The translations under genes were made by a program, and so were the position numbers. A DNA stretch of 64,000 nt from Bdellovibrionales bacterium (GTDB lineage Bacteria; Bdellovibrionota; Bdellovibrionia; Bdellovibrionales; Bdellovibrionaceae): assembly GCA_046336825.1 (NCBI GenBank), contig JBKDFX010000097.1, positions 2,808-66,807 of the forward strand. The letters run 5' to 3'. Positions 1 through 8,610 of the stretch are shown piece by piece (position 1 is the stretch's first letter; the number at the start of each line of letters is the position of its first letter). Below the pieces are notes generated by a model. That model saw nothing but the letters and a program-made list of their open reading frames with translations. It did not search any database and was not told where the DNA came from.

Positions 1-1444
1 TCACTGATTTATCCAGTAGCTCGTATTCAGGAAGACTGTCCTGATCTTTCTGATTAGGTCTCAGCTCAGCAGTCGGTGGCCTATCGATAATTTTTTGAGG
101 AATGAGTTCGTGTTGAGAATTGTAATGCTTGGCCAGTTGATATACTTGGCCTTTAGTTAAATCACCAAGAGGCGCAAGCCCTCCACACATATCACCATAT
201 AGAGTACAATAACCAGTTGCATATTCAGACTTGTTTCCAGTTGTTAACAATAGACTATTTTCAATATTGGCAAGACCCATCAGAAGAAGTCCTCGGAGTC
301 GAGACTGTAGGTTTTCATAAGAAATGCCAAAATCACTTGCGCCAAATTGATTTTTAAAAGTATCTGCCAATAAGTCATAGGCAGGATTAATTGAAACACT
401 TTGATGTTTTACGCCTAAGTTTTTTGCTAATTGCAAAGCAAGCTCTTCACTCATGGCGGCACTGTGAGGCCCGGGAAGAGAAATGGTTTTAACAGCGCCG
501 GGCCCTAGTGCATCCACGGCCAAACAGGCGACTAAGGCAGAGTCAATTCCTCCACTCAAGCCAAGGTGTACATTTTGAATTCCAATTTTATGACAAAAGT
601 CACGAATACCAAGAACAAGGGCTTTTCTGAGCTGTTCAATTTTCTCATCTTGTCGGACTGGTGACCAAACCTGCTGAGTGTTGAGATCGAAAACATTAAG
701 ATCTTCTACAAACTTATTACACTGAAGAATTCTTTTTCCCTCTGGTGTTACTATGAAGCTTTCTCCATCAAAAATAATTTCATCCTGGGCTCCAACTAAG
801 TTTGTATAAAGAAGAGGTGCTTTAAATTTTTTTGCAGTCTGTGTTGCAACTGCCTGTCTCAGCTTTTCTTTTCCAATAAACCATGGGCTTGCACTTAAAT
901 TAATAACCAAGTCAACTTTTCTAAGCTTGATGTCTTTCAATGGGTTTTTTGTATAAGAAGATACGCCCCTAGAGTCTGGCCAGGCCCAAATATCCTCACA
1001 AATAGTTAGGAAAAAGGGTCGACCTTTGAATCTGAAATAATTGTCTTCAAGTTTTCCAGATTCAATGAATCGAGCTTCATCAAAGACATCTCCGGTTGGA
1101 AGAAGTTGTTTATTAAAAAACTGAGACTTATTTCTTTCAAGTAAAACTGCTGAGTTAAAATACGGACGACCTTGCTTATTTTTATTTCTAGTGATTGTTC
1201 CTAAAATGATTCCTACATTTTTCGGAATTTTTTTTTGAATTCTTTTTAAAGCCTTACCTAGCTCATCTACCAATTCGGATCTTTCAAGAAGATCAAAGGG
1301 ATGATAACCGAGTAATGAACTTTCAGGAAATACGATAAGTTCTGCCTTTTTAGAGACAGCTCTTTTAATGTATTCAACAATTTTAATTTCGTTATTTTTT
1401 ATATCACCCAAAAGAGGGTTTATTTGTGCGATAGCTATTCGCAT
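1..1444 (-). CDS. nadE: glutamine-dependent NAD+ synthetase (partial; C-terminus lies beyond the window start)
   Basis: An open frame runs from the ATG at 1442-1444 off the window edge, so it is absent from the ORF track (no stop). My translation starts MRIAIAQINPLLGDIKNNEIK (CN-hydrolase/glutaminase domain). It contains the PP-loop HLGLSGGIDSALVACLAVDALG, encoded around 520-580. Confidence 0.9.
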   Translation of the reverse strand, partial: MRIAIAQINPLLGDIKNNEIKIVEYIKRAVSKKAELIVFPESSLLGYHPFDLLERSELVDELGKALKRIQKKIPKNVGIILGTITRNKNKQGRPYFNSAVLLERNKSQFFNKQLLPTGDVFDEARFIESGKLEDNYFRFKGRPFFLTICEDIWAWPDSRGVSSYTKNPLKDIKLRKVDLVINLSASPWFIGKEKLRQAVATQTAKKFKAPLLYTNLVGAQDEIIFDGESFIVTPEGKRILQCNKFVEDLNVFDLNTQQVWSPVRQDEKIEQLRKALVLGIRDFCHKIGIQNVHLGLSGGIDSALVACLAVDALGPGAVKTISLPGPHSAAMSEELALQLAKNLGVKHQSVSINPAYDLLADTFKNQFGASDFGISYENLQSRLRGLLLMGLANIENSLLLTTGNKSEYATGYCTLYGDMCGGLAPLGDLTKGQVYQLAKHYNSQHELIPQKIIDRPPTAELRPNQKDQDSLPEYELLDKSV

Positions 1445-1456
1445 TTAAATCTCGCT

Positions 1457-1948
1457 TTAGTTTTCAGTGTTGATTTGAATGGCCTTTCGACCACTAAAAC
1501 CTTCTTGATATCCGTGCGAGTATTTTATTTCTTTTTCTGGGAATTTCCAACAAAAGTATCCATTCCCATTATCAAAATCAACCAACCAGTAACCTTTTGG
1601 GTGAACCCCTAAGCGAATCATTTTTTTTTGCCAACCATCAATCAAACTTTGAACTTCGTTCTCAATTTTTTGGAGTTGAATTTGTGGAACATTTTTCAAA
1701 GCATCTGCTTGGGAAGTTAAAAAGCGAACTTGGGAGTGAGCTTTTTCAGTAATAGAATAGACGAGTGGCAATAGTTCCTGGGCTTGATCGAGAGAGAATG
1801 TTTTAGGGCTTCCGATTTCAACAATTTTTTCCACACACTGGTCTTCATTCAGCTTACTCAAAGATACAAGAAAAAGGTGATAAGACAGATAAATTAAGAA
1901 GTTTTTTGCAATATTTTTTGGACGCAACTCGGCTAACCGCCTCCCCAA
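1457..1948 (-). CDS. DUF2203-like protein (start uncertain; GTG at 1834 is a plausible alternative)
   Basis: 163-aa ORF. The C-terminal part, WLVDFDNGNGYFCWKFPEKEIKYSHGYQEGFSGRKAI, resembles the conserved DUF2203 core as I remember it. The first ~38 aa overlap the upstream gene and look non-native. Confidence 0.55.
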   Translation of the reverse strand: MGRRLAELRPKNIAKNFLIYLSYHLFLVSLSKLNEDQCVEKIVEIGSPKTFSLDQAQELLPLVYSITEKAHSQVRFLTSQADALKNVPQIQLQKIENEVQSLIDGWQKKMIRLGVHPKGYWLVDFDNGNGYFCWKFPEKEIKYSHGYQEGFSGRKAIQINTEN

Positions 1949-2814
1949 TTTTTGGATATCTGCATCGCCTGGCTTCCAAATACAATAATTATGAAAAGTA
2001 TGAAGATTATCAGAATAAATATTTTTAAATATTTTCCAAATCCCATTTCAACTTCTACTTCTTGTTCATTCGACTTCTCTGGTGGAGGTTTAACACTCAC
2101 TTTTTTCTTTTTTGGCCCTGTAAATCCTTCATCATTGCTAACTGTCCTGGATTGACTTCTTTCGGTCTTTCTTTCAACTTCACGGCGTTCTGTTTCGGTG
2201 AGCGAAGCCACTGCGATTTGTCTCTGCTTTTTTCGGCGAATTCTATAGCCACCACCGGACCCACTCACTCGCATGAATCCCGAACCCTCATTAAATTCCT
2301 GATCCACAGGCCGAGTGACAGTTTTTGAAGCTGCCCTTGTTTCACCACCTGCTCGACTTCTTCTAAGCCGACCGCTGCTTCCCGCAAAACCCGATGATTG
2401 TGAACTAAAAGAGGAGCCACCGGAGCTTCCGGAGGATTGCCCATCGCGGTTGGCTTGGGAGTTCAATTCACCAAGATCTCCCTCTTGTCCTGGCTCAATG
2501 GGGTTGCCATTAGCATCAAGGGCACCAAAACTTGGCAGTTGATCAAAACAGACAACATTCTGCTCTTGGGAGGAAAGTTGAGGGAGTTCTCCCGTTTCCA
2601 AAAGACACTGAACATAAGTTCGATTTAAATTATCAATAAAGTTTCCGATAGGTTGAAAAACGGTCATGGCCAGGCTTGCAACTAAAGTCACAGAAATTAC
2701 GACAATTAAGATATACTCTATAAGTGCCTGTCCTGAATCTGAACCAGACCTTGGGCTCGTACCCATCTGGTTGGATTTCTGACACCTTAAATAGAGAGAG
2801 TCGACGGAGTGCAT
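1933..2814 (-). CDS. hypothetical membrane protein with a Flp-type (class III) prepilin-like N-terminus, a Ser/Gly-rich low-complexity core and a C-terminal TM helix
   Basis: 293-aa ORF; the start is probably the ATG at 2766 (MGTSPRSGSDSG). The motif G/QALIEY is followed by the hydrophobic stretch ILIVVISVTLVASLAMTVF, which matches the Flp G/XXXXEY processing motif. The C-terminus contains YLKIFILIIFILFIIIVFG. Confidence 0.6.
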   Translation of the reverse strand: MHSVDSLYLRCQKSNQMGTSPRSGSDSGQALIEYILIVVISVTLVASLAMTVFQPIGNFIDNLNRTYVQCLLETGELPQLSSQEQNVVCFDQLPSFGALDANGNPIEPGQEGDLGELNSQANRDGQSSGSSGGSSFSSQSSGFAGSSGRLRRSRAGGETRAASKTVTRPVDQEFNEGSGFMRVSGSGGGYRIRRKKQRQIAVASLTETERREVERKTERSQSRTVSNDEGFTGPKKKKVSVKPPPEKSNEQEVEVEMGFGKYLKIFILIIFILFIIIVFGSQAMQISKNWGGG

Positions 2815-3864
2815 ATTAAAAGTATCGGTTTTGATTTAGACAAATATAAGATTTTGCTAGCAGTTGTCTCAATTTGGAGCAGTTTGAGTTGGGCTGTGGG
2901 GCGAAAGCCCGCCTCAGAAATGATAAAAGAGGCCTCGCGAATTCAAGCCGAAAAGGGTGAAAAAACAGCTGCCGAGTTTCTATGGAAAAATTCAGAAAAA
3001 CTTAGCCGTAGCGAAATGCTTCATTTAGCTAAACTGCTCATCAAAATTAAAAACTATAAAGACATTATTAAATTGAGTGAACTTGCGCTGGCTAAAAACC
3101 CGGAGGATGCTGAATTTCTCACCTTTCAAGGCAAAGCTTACCTGGAGTCCTACAAAGACAAAAAGACGCTCGAAAAAGCTCAAGAATCACTACGTGCTGC
3201 TATCACTGCAAATCCTAAGTTTGAACCTGCCTATCTTATTCTTGATGATTACTATGAAAGACAGGATCAGCTAAATAAAACACTGAGAAAACCCATTCGC
3301 TTTCTTCAATCTCGCCGTCAGCTTTTTGAGGACCTCATTGAACACAAAGGTCCCAAAAATTTATATTACTCAAAACTTTGTGAGCTAGACACACTAGATG
3401 GTGTTAACGAACAAGCTATCAAGAATTGTAAAAAGGCAATTGAGCTAGATAAAAGTGATTTAGACAGTAATTTATTTTTAGCTCAAGTCTATAAACAATC
3501 TGACAATCAAAAAGCAGCCGTAGAAACTCTTAAGTCTACTATTGTAAGCCATCCCAACTCTGAGAAAGCTTATCGATCACTCGCTCTTTATTACGAAGAG
3601 CAAAAAAATTACTCCGAAGCTTACTCCAATTTTAAAATTTGCTCTGATGCTCCCCACTCTTCAGACCTTTGCCTACGCGGACTAGGAGCCACTGGAGCGC
3701 AGTTGAAAAAGTGGGAAGAAAGTTTCGATGCCTTTCAAAAACTATGTAAGAAAGATCGAAAGTGGTCTAGCGATGTGCGAAAGGCTTCGCAAAACGCAAA
3801 AGAAATGGATTCTCCAGAATGGGAACAAAAACTTTTAGAGTTGTCCATCAATTGTAATATTTGA
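2809..3864 (+). CDS. TPR-repeat protein, probably secreted
   Basis: 351-aa ORF with a GTG start. It has an N-terminal hydrophobic segment (ILLAVVSIWSSLSWA) and repeated TPR-like A..Y/A..F..A helix pairs (AKNPEDAEFLTFQGKAYL, ELDKSDLDSNLFLAQVYK, HPNSEKAYRSLALYYEE). Confidence 0.75.
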   Translation: MHIKSIGFDLDKYKILLAVVSIWSSLSWAVGRKPASEMIKEASRIQAEKGEKTAAEFLWKNSEKLSRSEMLHLAKLLIKIKNYKDIIKLSELALAKNPEDAEFLTFQGKAYLESYKDKKTLEKAQESLRAAITANPKFEPAYLILDDYYERQDQLNKTLRKPIRFLQSRRQLFEDLIEHKGPKNLYYSKLCELDTLDGVNEQAIKNCKKAIELDKSDLDSNLFLAQVYKQSDNQKAAVETLKSTIVSHPNSEKAYRSLALYYEEQKNYSEAYSNFKICSDAPHSSDLCLRGLGATGAQLKKWEESFDAFQKLCKKDRKWSSDVRKASQNAKEMDSPEWEQKLLELSINCNI

Positions 3865-4314
3865 AAAACCCATGAAGCGCATCAATTCAATATTTCTAGA
3901 ATCCAAGATTGTATGCTTTTTATCTTTAATTGACTGATGCAAAAAGACCTCATCAGAATGGCTGACTACTAAATACCCTGGTGAATATAGACTTTTAAAA
4001 TTTCGTATTTCTTTGATCACAATTCCCTTGTCAATCAGCTCCTGTGCCAATTGAAATGCTGAATTTAATTCATCTACGTCGATGATGGCTAAAAAACTTT
4101 TTACTTTACCATCATTGAGGCCCAAGTAGGCTTTGATGACATCTTCGTGTAAATCCAGGTAAGGCTCGTTAGAATTTGAATTAAGCTGAACTATCAAACG
4201 AAAGCCACCTATGACTGGCACGATTTGAAGGGGCTCGTGACCTTCAAGAGTCATTTTGTTTAAATAGGAGTAAGCCTCGGACACTAAGTGAAAGTTGCGA
4301 CAAACAACTTTCAT
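3835..4314 (-). CDS. hypothetical protein, translationally coupled to rimO
   Basis: 159-aa ORF. Its ATG (4312-4314) overlaps the rimO TAA stop (4314-4316) by 1 nt. I recognise no motif. Confidence 0.55.
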   Translation of the reverse strand: MKVVCRNFHLVSEAYSYLNKMTLEGHEPLQIVPVIGGFRLIVQLNSNSNEPYLDLHEDVIKAYLGLNDGKVKSFLAIIDVDELNSAFQLAQELIDKGIVIKEIRNFKSLYSPGYLVVSHSDEVFLHQSIKDKKHTILDSRNIELMRFMGFSNITIDGQL

Positions 4315-5687
4315 TATTGAATTGCCACGATTTCGCCAATCAAATCGTACTCCATGCTGTCAGTAATTCTTACTTTGACAATATCACCTTTAGTCGCCTG
4401 ACCGTCATTGATCAAAACAACACCATCAATTTCGGGAGCTTGCTGAGAAGTTCGACCTTGCAAAAGAAGTTCTGTTTCTTCGCTGTAACCTTCGACAATG
4501 ACATCTAAAACCTGACCAATCAGAGCTCTGTGTTTATCACGAGAAATATTCTGTTGGACTTCCATGACGGCTTTCCAGCGATGATTTTTAGTTTTTTCAT
4601 CTATTTGGTCTTCCATTTTGCCACCAGGAGTATTTTCTTCCGGTGAGTATTGAAAACAACCCACTCGGTCAAATTTTTGCTCAACTAGAAATTCGAGTAT
4701 TTCTTCAAACTGTGCTTGGGTTTCTCCGGGGAATCCAACAATAAACTGAGTCCTAATAACGGCATCAGGAATTTCCTGACGAATTAAATTTAATGACGCT
4801 TCAATTTCTTTGCGGGTCATTTTGCGATTCATTCTTTTTAGCATTTCATCGTTAATGTGCTGGAGCGGCATATCAAAATAGCGACAGAACTTTTTATTGT
4901 TTTTAATCAGATCAATGAGCTCAGGTGTGATGCCATCTGGGTAAAGATAAAGTAAGCGGATCCACTGAATTCCTTCAATTTCTGCCAACTGCCGCAAAAG
5001 TTCAACCGGGGCCTCCAATGCTTCAGGGTTTTTACGTCTTAAGTCCCAGCCATAATCTGTAAAATCATGACTGATGATAATGAGCTCTTTAACTCCACCT
5101 GCAGCTAAAAGTTTTGCTTCATTGACAATGTTTTGCAGTGTTCTTGATTGCAAATTTCCACGAATGAGGGGAATCGCGCAAAAGGCACATCTTTTCATGC
5201 AGCCTTCTGAAATTTTTAAATAGGCGCGGTGGCCTGGCTGCGTGTTGGTTCTGGGGGTTTGCTCTTCTTGTAAGTAAGTGGGCAAGTTAAAAAAGGTCTT
5301 CTTTGTTTCACCAGAGTAAGAATTTTTTAAAATTTTATCTATATTTTGAAATTCTCCCGAACCGACAAATAAATCAGCTTCAGGAAGTCCTTCCACCAGA
5401 TCCTCTTTGTAGCGTTGAGTTAAGCAACCTGCGACAACTAATTTCTTAAGGTTGCCTTCTTTTTTGAGCTCCGACATTTTTAAGATTGTTTGTATAGATT
5501 CTTTTTTTGAGTCTTCAATAAAACCACAAGTGTTAACGATTACCGTATCGGCTTCTGCTTCATTAGCCGTGACTTCATAGCCTTGCTTCATGAGTGTACC
5601 CACCATGATTTCGGTGTCCACTAAGTTCTTTGGGCAGCCTAAACTCACGAAATGTACTTTTTTAGGATGTGGCACTTCAGTTTTCAT
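4314..5687 (-). CDS. rimO: ribosomal protein S12 methylthiotransferase RimO (radical SAM, MiaB family)
   Basis: 457 aa. N-terminal VHFVSLGCPKNLVDTE (UPF0004 domain), radical-SAM cluster motif CMKRCAFCAIP, and a C-terminal TRAM-like domain (GDIVKVRITDSMEYDLIGEIV). Confidence 0.9.
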   Translation of the reverse strand: MKTEVPHPKKVHFVSLGCPKNLVDTEIMVGTLMKQGYEVTANEAEADTVIVNTCGFIEDSKKESIQTILKMSELKKEGNLKKLVVAGCLTQRYKEDLVEGLPEADLFVGSGEFQNIDKILKNSYSGETKKTFFNLPTYLQEEQTPRTNTQPGHRAYLKISEGCMKRCAFCAIPLIRGNLQSRTLQNIVNEAKLLAAGGVKELIIISHDFTDYGWDLRRKNPEALEAPVELLRQLAEIEGIQWIRLLYLYPDGITPELIDLIKNNKKFCRYFDMPLQHINDEMLKRMNRKMTRKEIEASLNLIRQEIPDAVIRTQFIVGFPGETQAQFEEILEFLVEQKFDRVGCFQYSPEENTPGGKMEDQIDEKTKNHRWKAVMEVQQNISRDKHRALIGQVLDVIVEGYSEETELLLQGRTSQQAPEIDGVVLINDGQATKGDIVKVRITDSMEYDLIGEIVAIQ

Positions 5688-6358
5688 AACTCACTCACCT
5701 GTGCTCCCTTAGGGGGCGTATAATTAAATAAATGTTTAGGTATTTTGCTTTTCTTTTCTATCTTACTGATTGAAACACTGATTCTGTTTTCAATTTCATC
5801 ATTATAAGCAATTTCTTTTAGACTTCCATCTTGAGAGACTAAAATTTCAAGAGCATGTGTCATTTGATTTTTTTGAGTGGGTTCAAGATAAAATCTTTTG
5901 TTTACTTTTTCTTTTGTGGTCTTTTTTGACTTGAATTGGTTTTTTAAATCAGAATTAAACAATGAGCTTAGAAAAATTTGCCCTTCAGATTTTGGTGTCA
6001 ATTTCATCTTAGTGACTTGTGCGGGCATTTTGAAACCCTTGGGCGGAATCTGAATCGTCCAAATGGTTTTTCCATCGTAAATAATGCTGCTTTCTTCGGG
6101 ACGGGAAGTGTCCCAACGAAATCGATTAGATGAAACAAAAATTGTGCCCTCACTTTTTGATTCTGTTCCCATGAGTTCAGATTTTGTTGTTTTCTCAATC
6201 TCAAGGACAACAAGTGGACTGCCTTTGATTTTATTTAATGCGGCCTGAGCGCCCTCAAGGGCATCTAACGAGAAAGCCTGAACAGAAATAAAATATGAAA
6301 GTATCAAAAAAATGAAATGGGTTTTTTTCAAAAAATTCATGTGCTTATCTATTACCAC
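5684..6358 (-). CDS. lolA: outer-membrane lipoprotein carrier protein LolA-like
   Basis: 224 aa with a signal peptide (FIFLILSYFISVQAFS). LolA-like core: TIFVSSNRFRWDTSRPEESSIIYDGKTIWT ... FNYTPPKGAQV. The start is either GTG 6358 or ATG 6340. Confidence 0.65.
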   Translation of the reverse strand: MVIDKHMNFLKKTHFIFLILSYFISVQAFSLDALEGAQAALNKIKGSPLVVLEIEKTTKSELMGTESKSEGTIFVSSNRFRWDTSRPEESSIIYDGKTIWTIQIPPKGFKMPAQVTKMKLTPKSEGQIFLSSLFNSDLKNQFKSKKTTKEKVNKRFYLEPTQKNQMTHALEILVSQDGSLKEIAYNDEIENRISVSISKIEKKSKIPKHLFNYTPPKGAQVSEL

Positions 6359-6378
6359 TCTGCCCGCGAATTCGCAAC

Positions 6379-7023
6379 TTAGTGGAGCTTACGGTGACTA
6401 ACGAAAAGGCCTATAAACTGAGGAGGTTCGCCCAAGACTCGATAGGCTTCTTTTAAGGTTGCTCCTGTTGTTAAAATATCATCAGCAAATATAATGGGCC
6501 GTTTTGACAGACTTGTAAGATCTACACGGGACTTGAGCCTTAATCCCCTTCGATCGGCCCTATTGTTTTTCTTTTGCTCGTGGTTGACCCCACTAATGGT
6601 CTCTTTTTCAAGAGCAGTGATGTGATTCAAACCAAGTTCTTGAGAAATCGCCTCACCCCAAGACTCTGAATGATTATAACCAGATTGGCTTTTTAAAGTC
6701 ACAACTAGGGGCTCACCTGCTTTAAATAGCTCCCTATTTTGCTGAATTAAAGTTTTTGTGATTTTTTGAGCCAGCCATTTCCAAACCTGTGGATGAGTAT
6801 TTTTAAGTTCCAAGTGCAGTTTTGATAAAGAATCGCTCTCATTAGGTATCCAATTTAATAAATATAGAATTTTAATCCCTGACTTTTCTTGCGGATTTTT
6901 TTCATGAAAGGTTCGAAATAAAAGCTCAAAACAAGGATGACAGAAACGTGTGTTTTTAACCTGTGCTGAGCCACAGTTAAGACAAGAAAAAGGAACAAAT
7001 ATATTTTTTAAATGCATAATCAC
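6379..7023 (-). CDS. comF: ComF-family phosphoribosyltransferase-domain protein
   Basis: 214 aa. N-terminal Cys pairs (CLNCGS ... CHPCF) and a C-terminal PRTase motif, PIIFADDILTTGATLKEA. Confidence 0.8.
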   Translation of the reverse strand: MIMHLKNIFVPFSCLNCGSAQVKNTRFCHPCFELLFRTFHEKNPQEKSGIKILYLLNWIPNESDSLSKLHLELKNTHPQVWKWLAQKITKTLIQQNRELFKAGEPLVVTLKSQSGYNHSESWGEAISQELGLNHITALEKETISGVNHEQKKNNRADRRGLRLKSRVDLTSLSKRPIIFADDILTTGATLKEAYRVLGEPPQFIGLFVSHRKLH

Positions 7024-7108
7024 CTCAAATTTTTACATTGCAAAATGGCTTTGTAACCCTGTTGTGATTATTCAATGCTATGTTTTTTGAATAGATCCGA
7101 AAAACGAA

Positions 7109-7576
7109 CTATTCGTTGTGATAAGGTTTATTGTTTAGAATACTTCCTGATCTATACAATTGTTCGAGGGTCACTAAAAGTGCCACATGATGATTGTAGA
7201 CGAGATTTGAAAGACTCCATATTTCATTGGCTCGAGACTTTAATGCTTCAGACGTGCCGAAGGCACCGCCGATAACGAAAACTATTTTTGATTGGCCGTA
7301 CAACTGCAATTTTTGGATATTTTCGGCCCATTGCCGGCTGTTAAATGCTTTGCCTCTCTCGTCCAGAAGAATTAAATAATCATTATTTTTTATGACTGAT
7401 AGAAGTGACTGCCCTTCAATTTCTATTTTATAATATGAATCTTCACGGCTGTTTTTTGTTGACGGCAGTTCTACTAATTCAAACTTGAAAAAGTGACCGA
7501 TCTTTTGAGTATACTCTTCAGAGGCAAGCTCTAACCACTTTGATCTCGAAGATTTTATGGTCAGAAGCTTAATCAT
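7109..7576 (-). CDS. rlmH: 23S rRNA (pseudouridine1915-N3)-methyltransferase RlmH (SPOUT)
   Basis: 155 aa with a typical RlmH C-terminus, IVFVIGGAFGTSEALKSRANEIWSLSNLVYNHHVALLVTLEQLYRS. Its start overlaps the upstream stop by 1 nt. Confidence 0.9.
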   Translation of the reverse strand: MIKLLTIKSSRSKWLELASEEYTQKIGHFFKFELVELPSTKNSREDSYYKIEIEGQSLLSVIKNNDYLILLDERGKAFNSRQWAENIQKLQLYGQSKIVFVIGGAFGTSEALKSRANEIWSLSNLVYNHHVALLVTLEQLYRSGSILNNKPYHNE

Positions 7577-8610
7577 TATTTTTTTGAAGTCTCAGGGCTA
7601 ACAAAAGGATCTTTGAGGTTTAAATCGATTCCCTCTTTCCATAACTTTTCAATGGAATACTCTTGTCTAACAAAGTCGTAAAAGATGTGAATAATCAGTG
7701 ATCCATAATCAACAACTACCCAGCGACCTTCTTCAACACCTTCAATACTTGAAGGGTGAATATGAAACTCATCTTTTATTGATTGCACTAGGTTTTCAGC
7801 TAGTGCAACTGAATGCCTGGTGCTGGTTCCTGATGTGACGATGGCAAACTCACTTGGAGCTGATGTTTTTCTTAGGTCATAACCTTTAACTTGAATCGCT
7901 TTTTTCTCATAAAGTCGATGGGCACAAAACTCAGTAAATTTGGTATAATCCTGAATTTTACTTTTTAGATTTTGATAAAGTTTTGAATCCCGAATGAAGG
8001 CTTCAACTGCGAGTGGCAAAAACTGCTCGACAGGCCGACCTGCACGCAACTTTTTTCGCAACTCACTAGCTGATATTTCAACATCGGGAATTCTGATAAA
8101 TTGCAGGTTTCGACCCGTTGTGAGTTCGATAAAATTGAAATCATATTCCAAAATGAATTCTTGTAAATAGAGAGGCAATTGATCCTTTGACCCAGGAATA
8201 TCAAAACCGGGACGTGTCGCGACTATAATGTTAGTTTCTTTAAGTATGTTTTTATAGTCTTTCCACTGCGAAAAGGACTCAAGGTGATCAGCACCAATGA
8301 CGAGGTAAAGATTTTCTGCCTCATATTTTTTTCGATACTGTTTAATTGTCTCGATGGTGTAACTCACGCCCTGGCGCTTAATTTCCAAATCATCCACAAC
8401 AAATTGTGAACCAAATCCCTGTACGGCCAGCTTGACCATTTCCAAACGTTGTTCCGGCGTGGGTCCATCCACTGGGGTTTTAAGGGGACTTTGAAAGGTG
8501 GGAATAATGTGGACAAGGTCCAAGCCTGCTTTTTTTTGTACGCTTGTCAGACAGGCCAGGTGACCCATATGAGGGGGGCTAAAACTTCCGCCAAATATTC
8601 CAACTTTCAT
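7576..8610 (-). CDS. nadD: fusion protein: nicotinate-nucleotide adenylyltransferase (NadD) plus ribosome silencing factor (RsfS)
   Basis: 344 aa in one uninterrupted frame. The N-terminal ~205 aa look like NadD (MKVGIFGGSFSPPHMGHL ... LVIGADH). The C-terminal ~115 aa look like RsfS (YDLRKTSAPSEFAIVTSGTSTRHSVALAENL ... WVVVDYGSLIIHIFYDFVRQEYSIEKLW). Confidence 0.85.
   Translation of the reverse strand: MKVGIFGGSFSPPHMGHLACLTSVQKKAGLDLVHIIPTFQSPLKTPVDGPTPEQRLEMVKLAVQGFGSQFVVDDLEIKRQGVSYTIETIKQYRKKYEAENLYLVIGADHLESFSQWKDYKNILKETNIIVATRPGFDIPGSKDQLPLYLQEFILEYDFNFIELTTGRNLQFIRIPDVEISASELRKKLRAGRPVEQFLPLAVEAFIRDSKLYQNLKSKIQDYTKFTEFCAHRLYEKKAIQVKGYDLRKTSAPSEFAIVTSGTSTRHSVALAENLVQSIKDEFHIHPSSIEGVEEGRWVVVDYGSLIIHIFYDFVRQEYSIEKLWKEGIDLNLKDPFVSPETSKK

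Noticed and set aside
1457-3864. A Tad/Flp pilus locus (Flp-motif protein plus neighbouring TPR protein as a TadD-like component).
   Set aside because: No secretin, TadA/CpaF ATPase, TadB/C or prepilin peptidase genes are present in the window, and the Flp-motif protein is far too long to be a pilin. Only the motif itself is reported.
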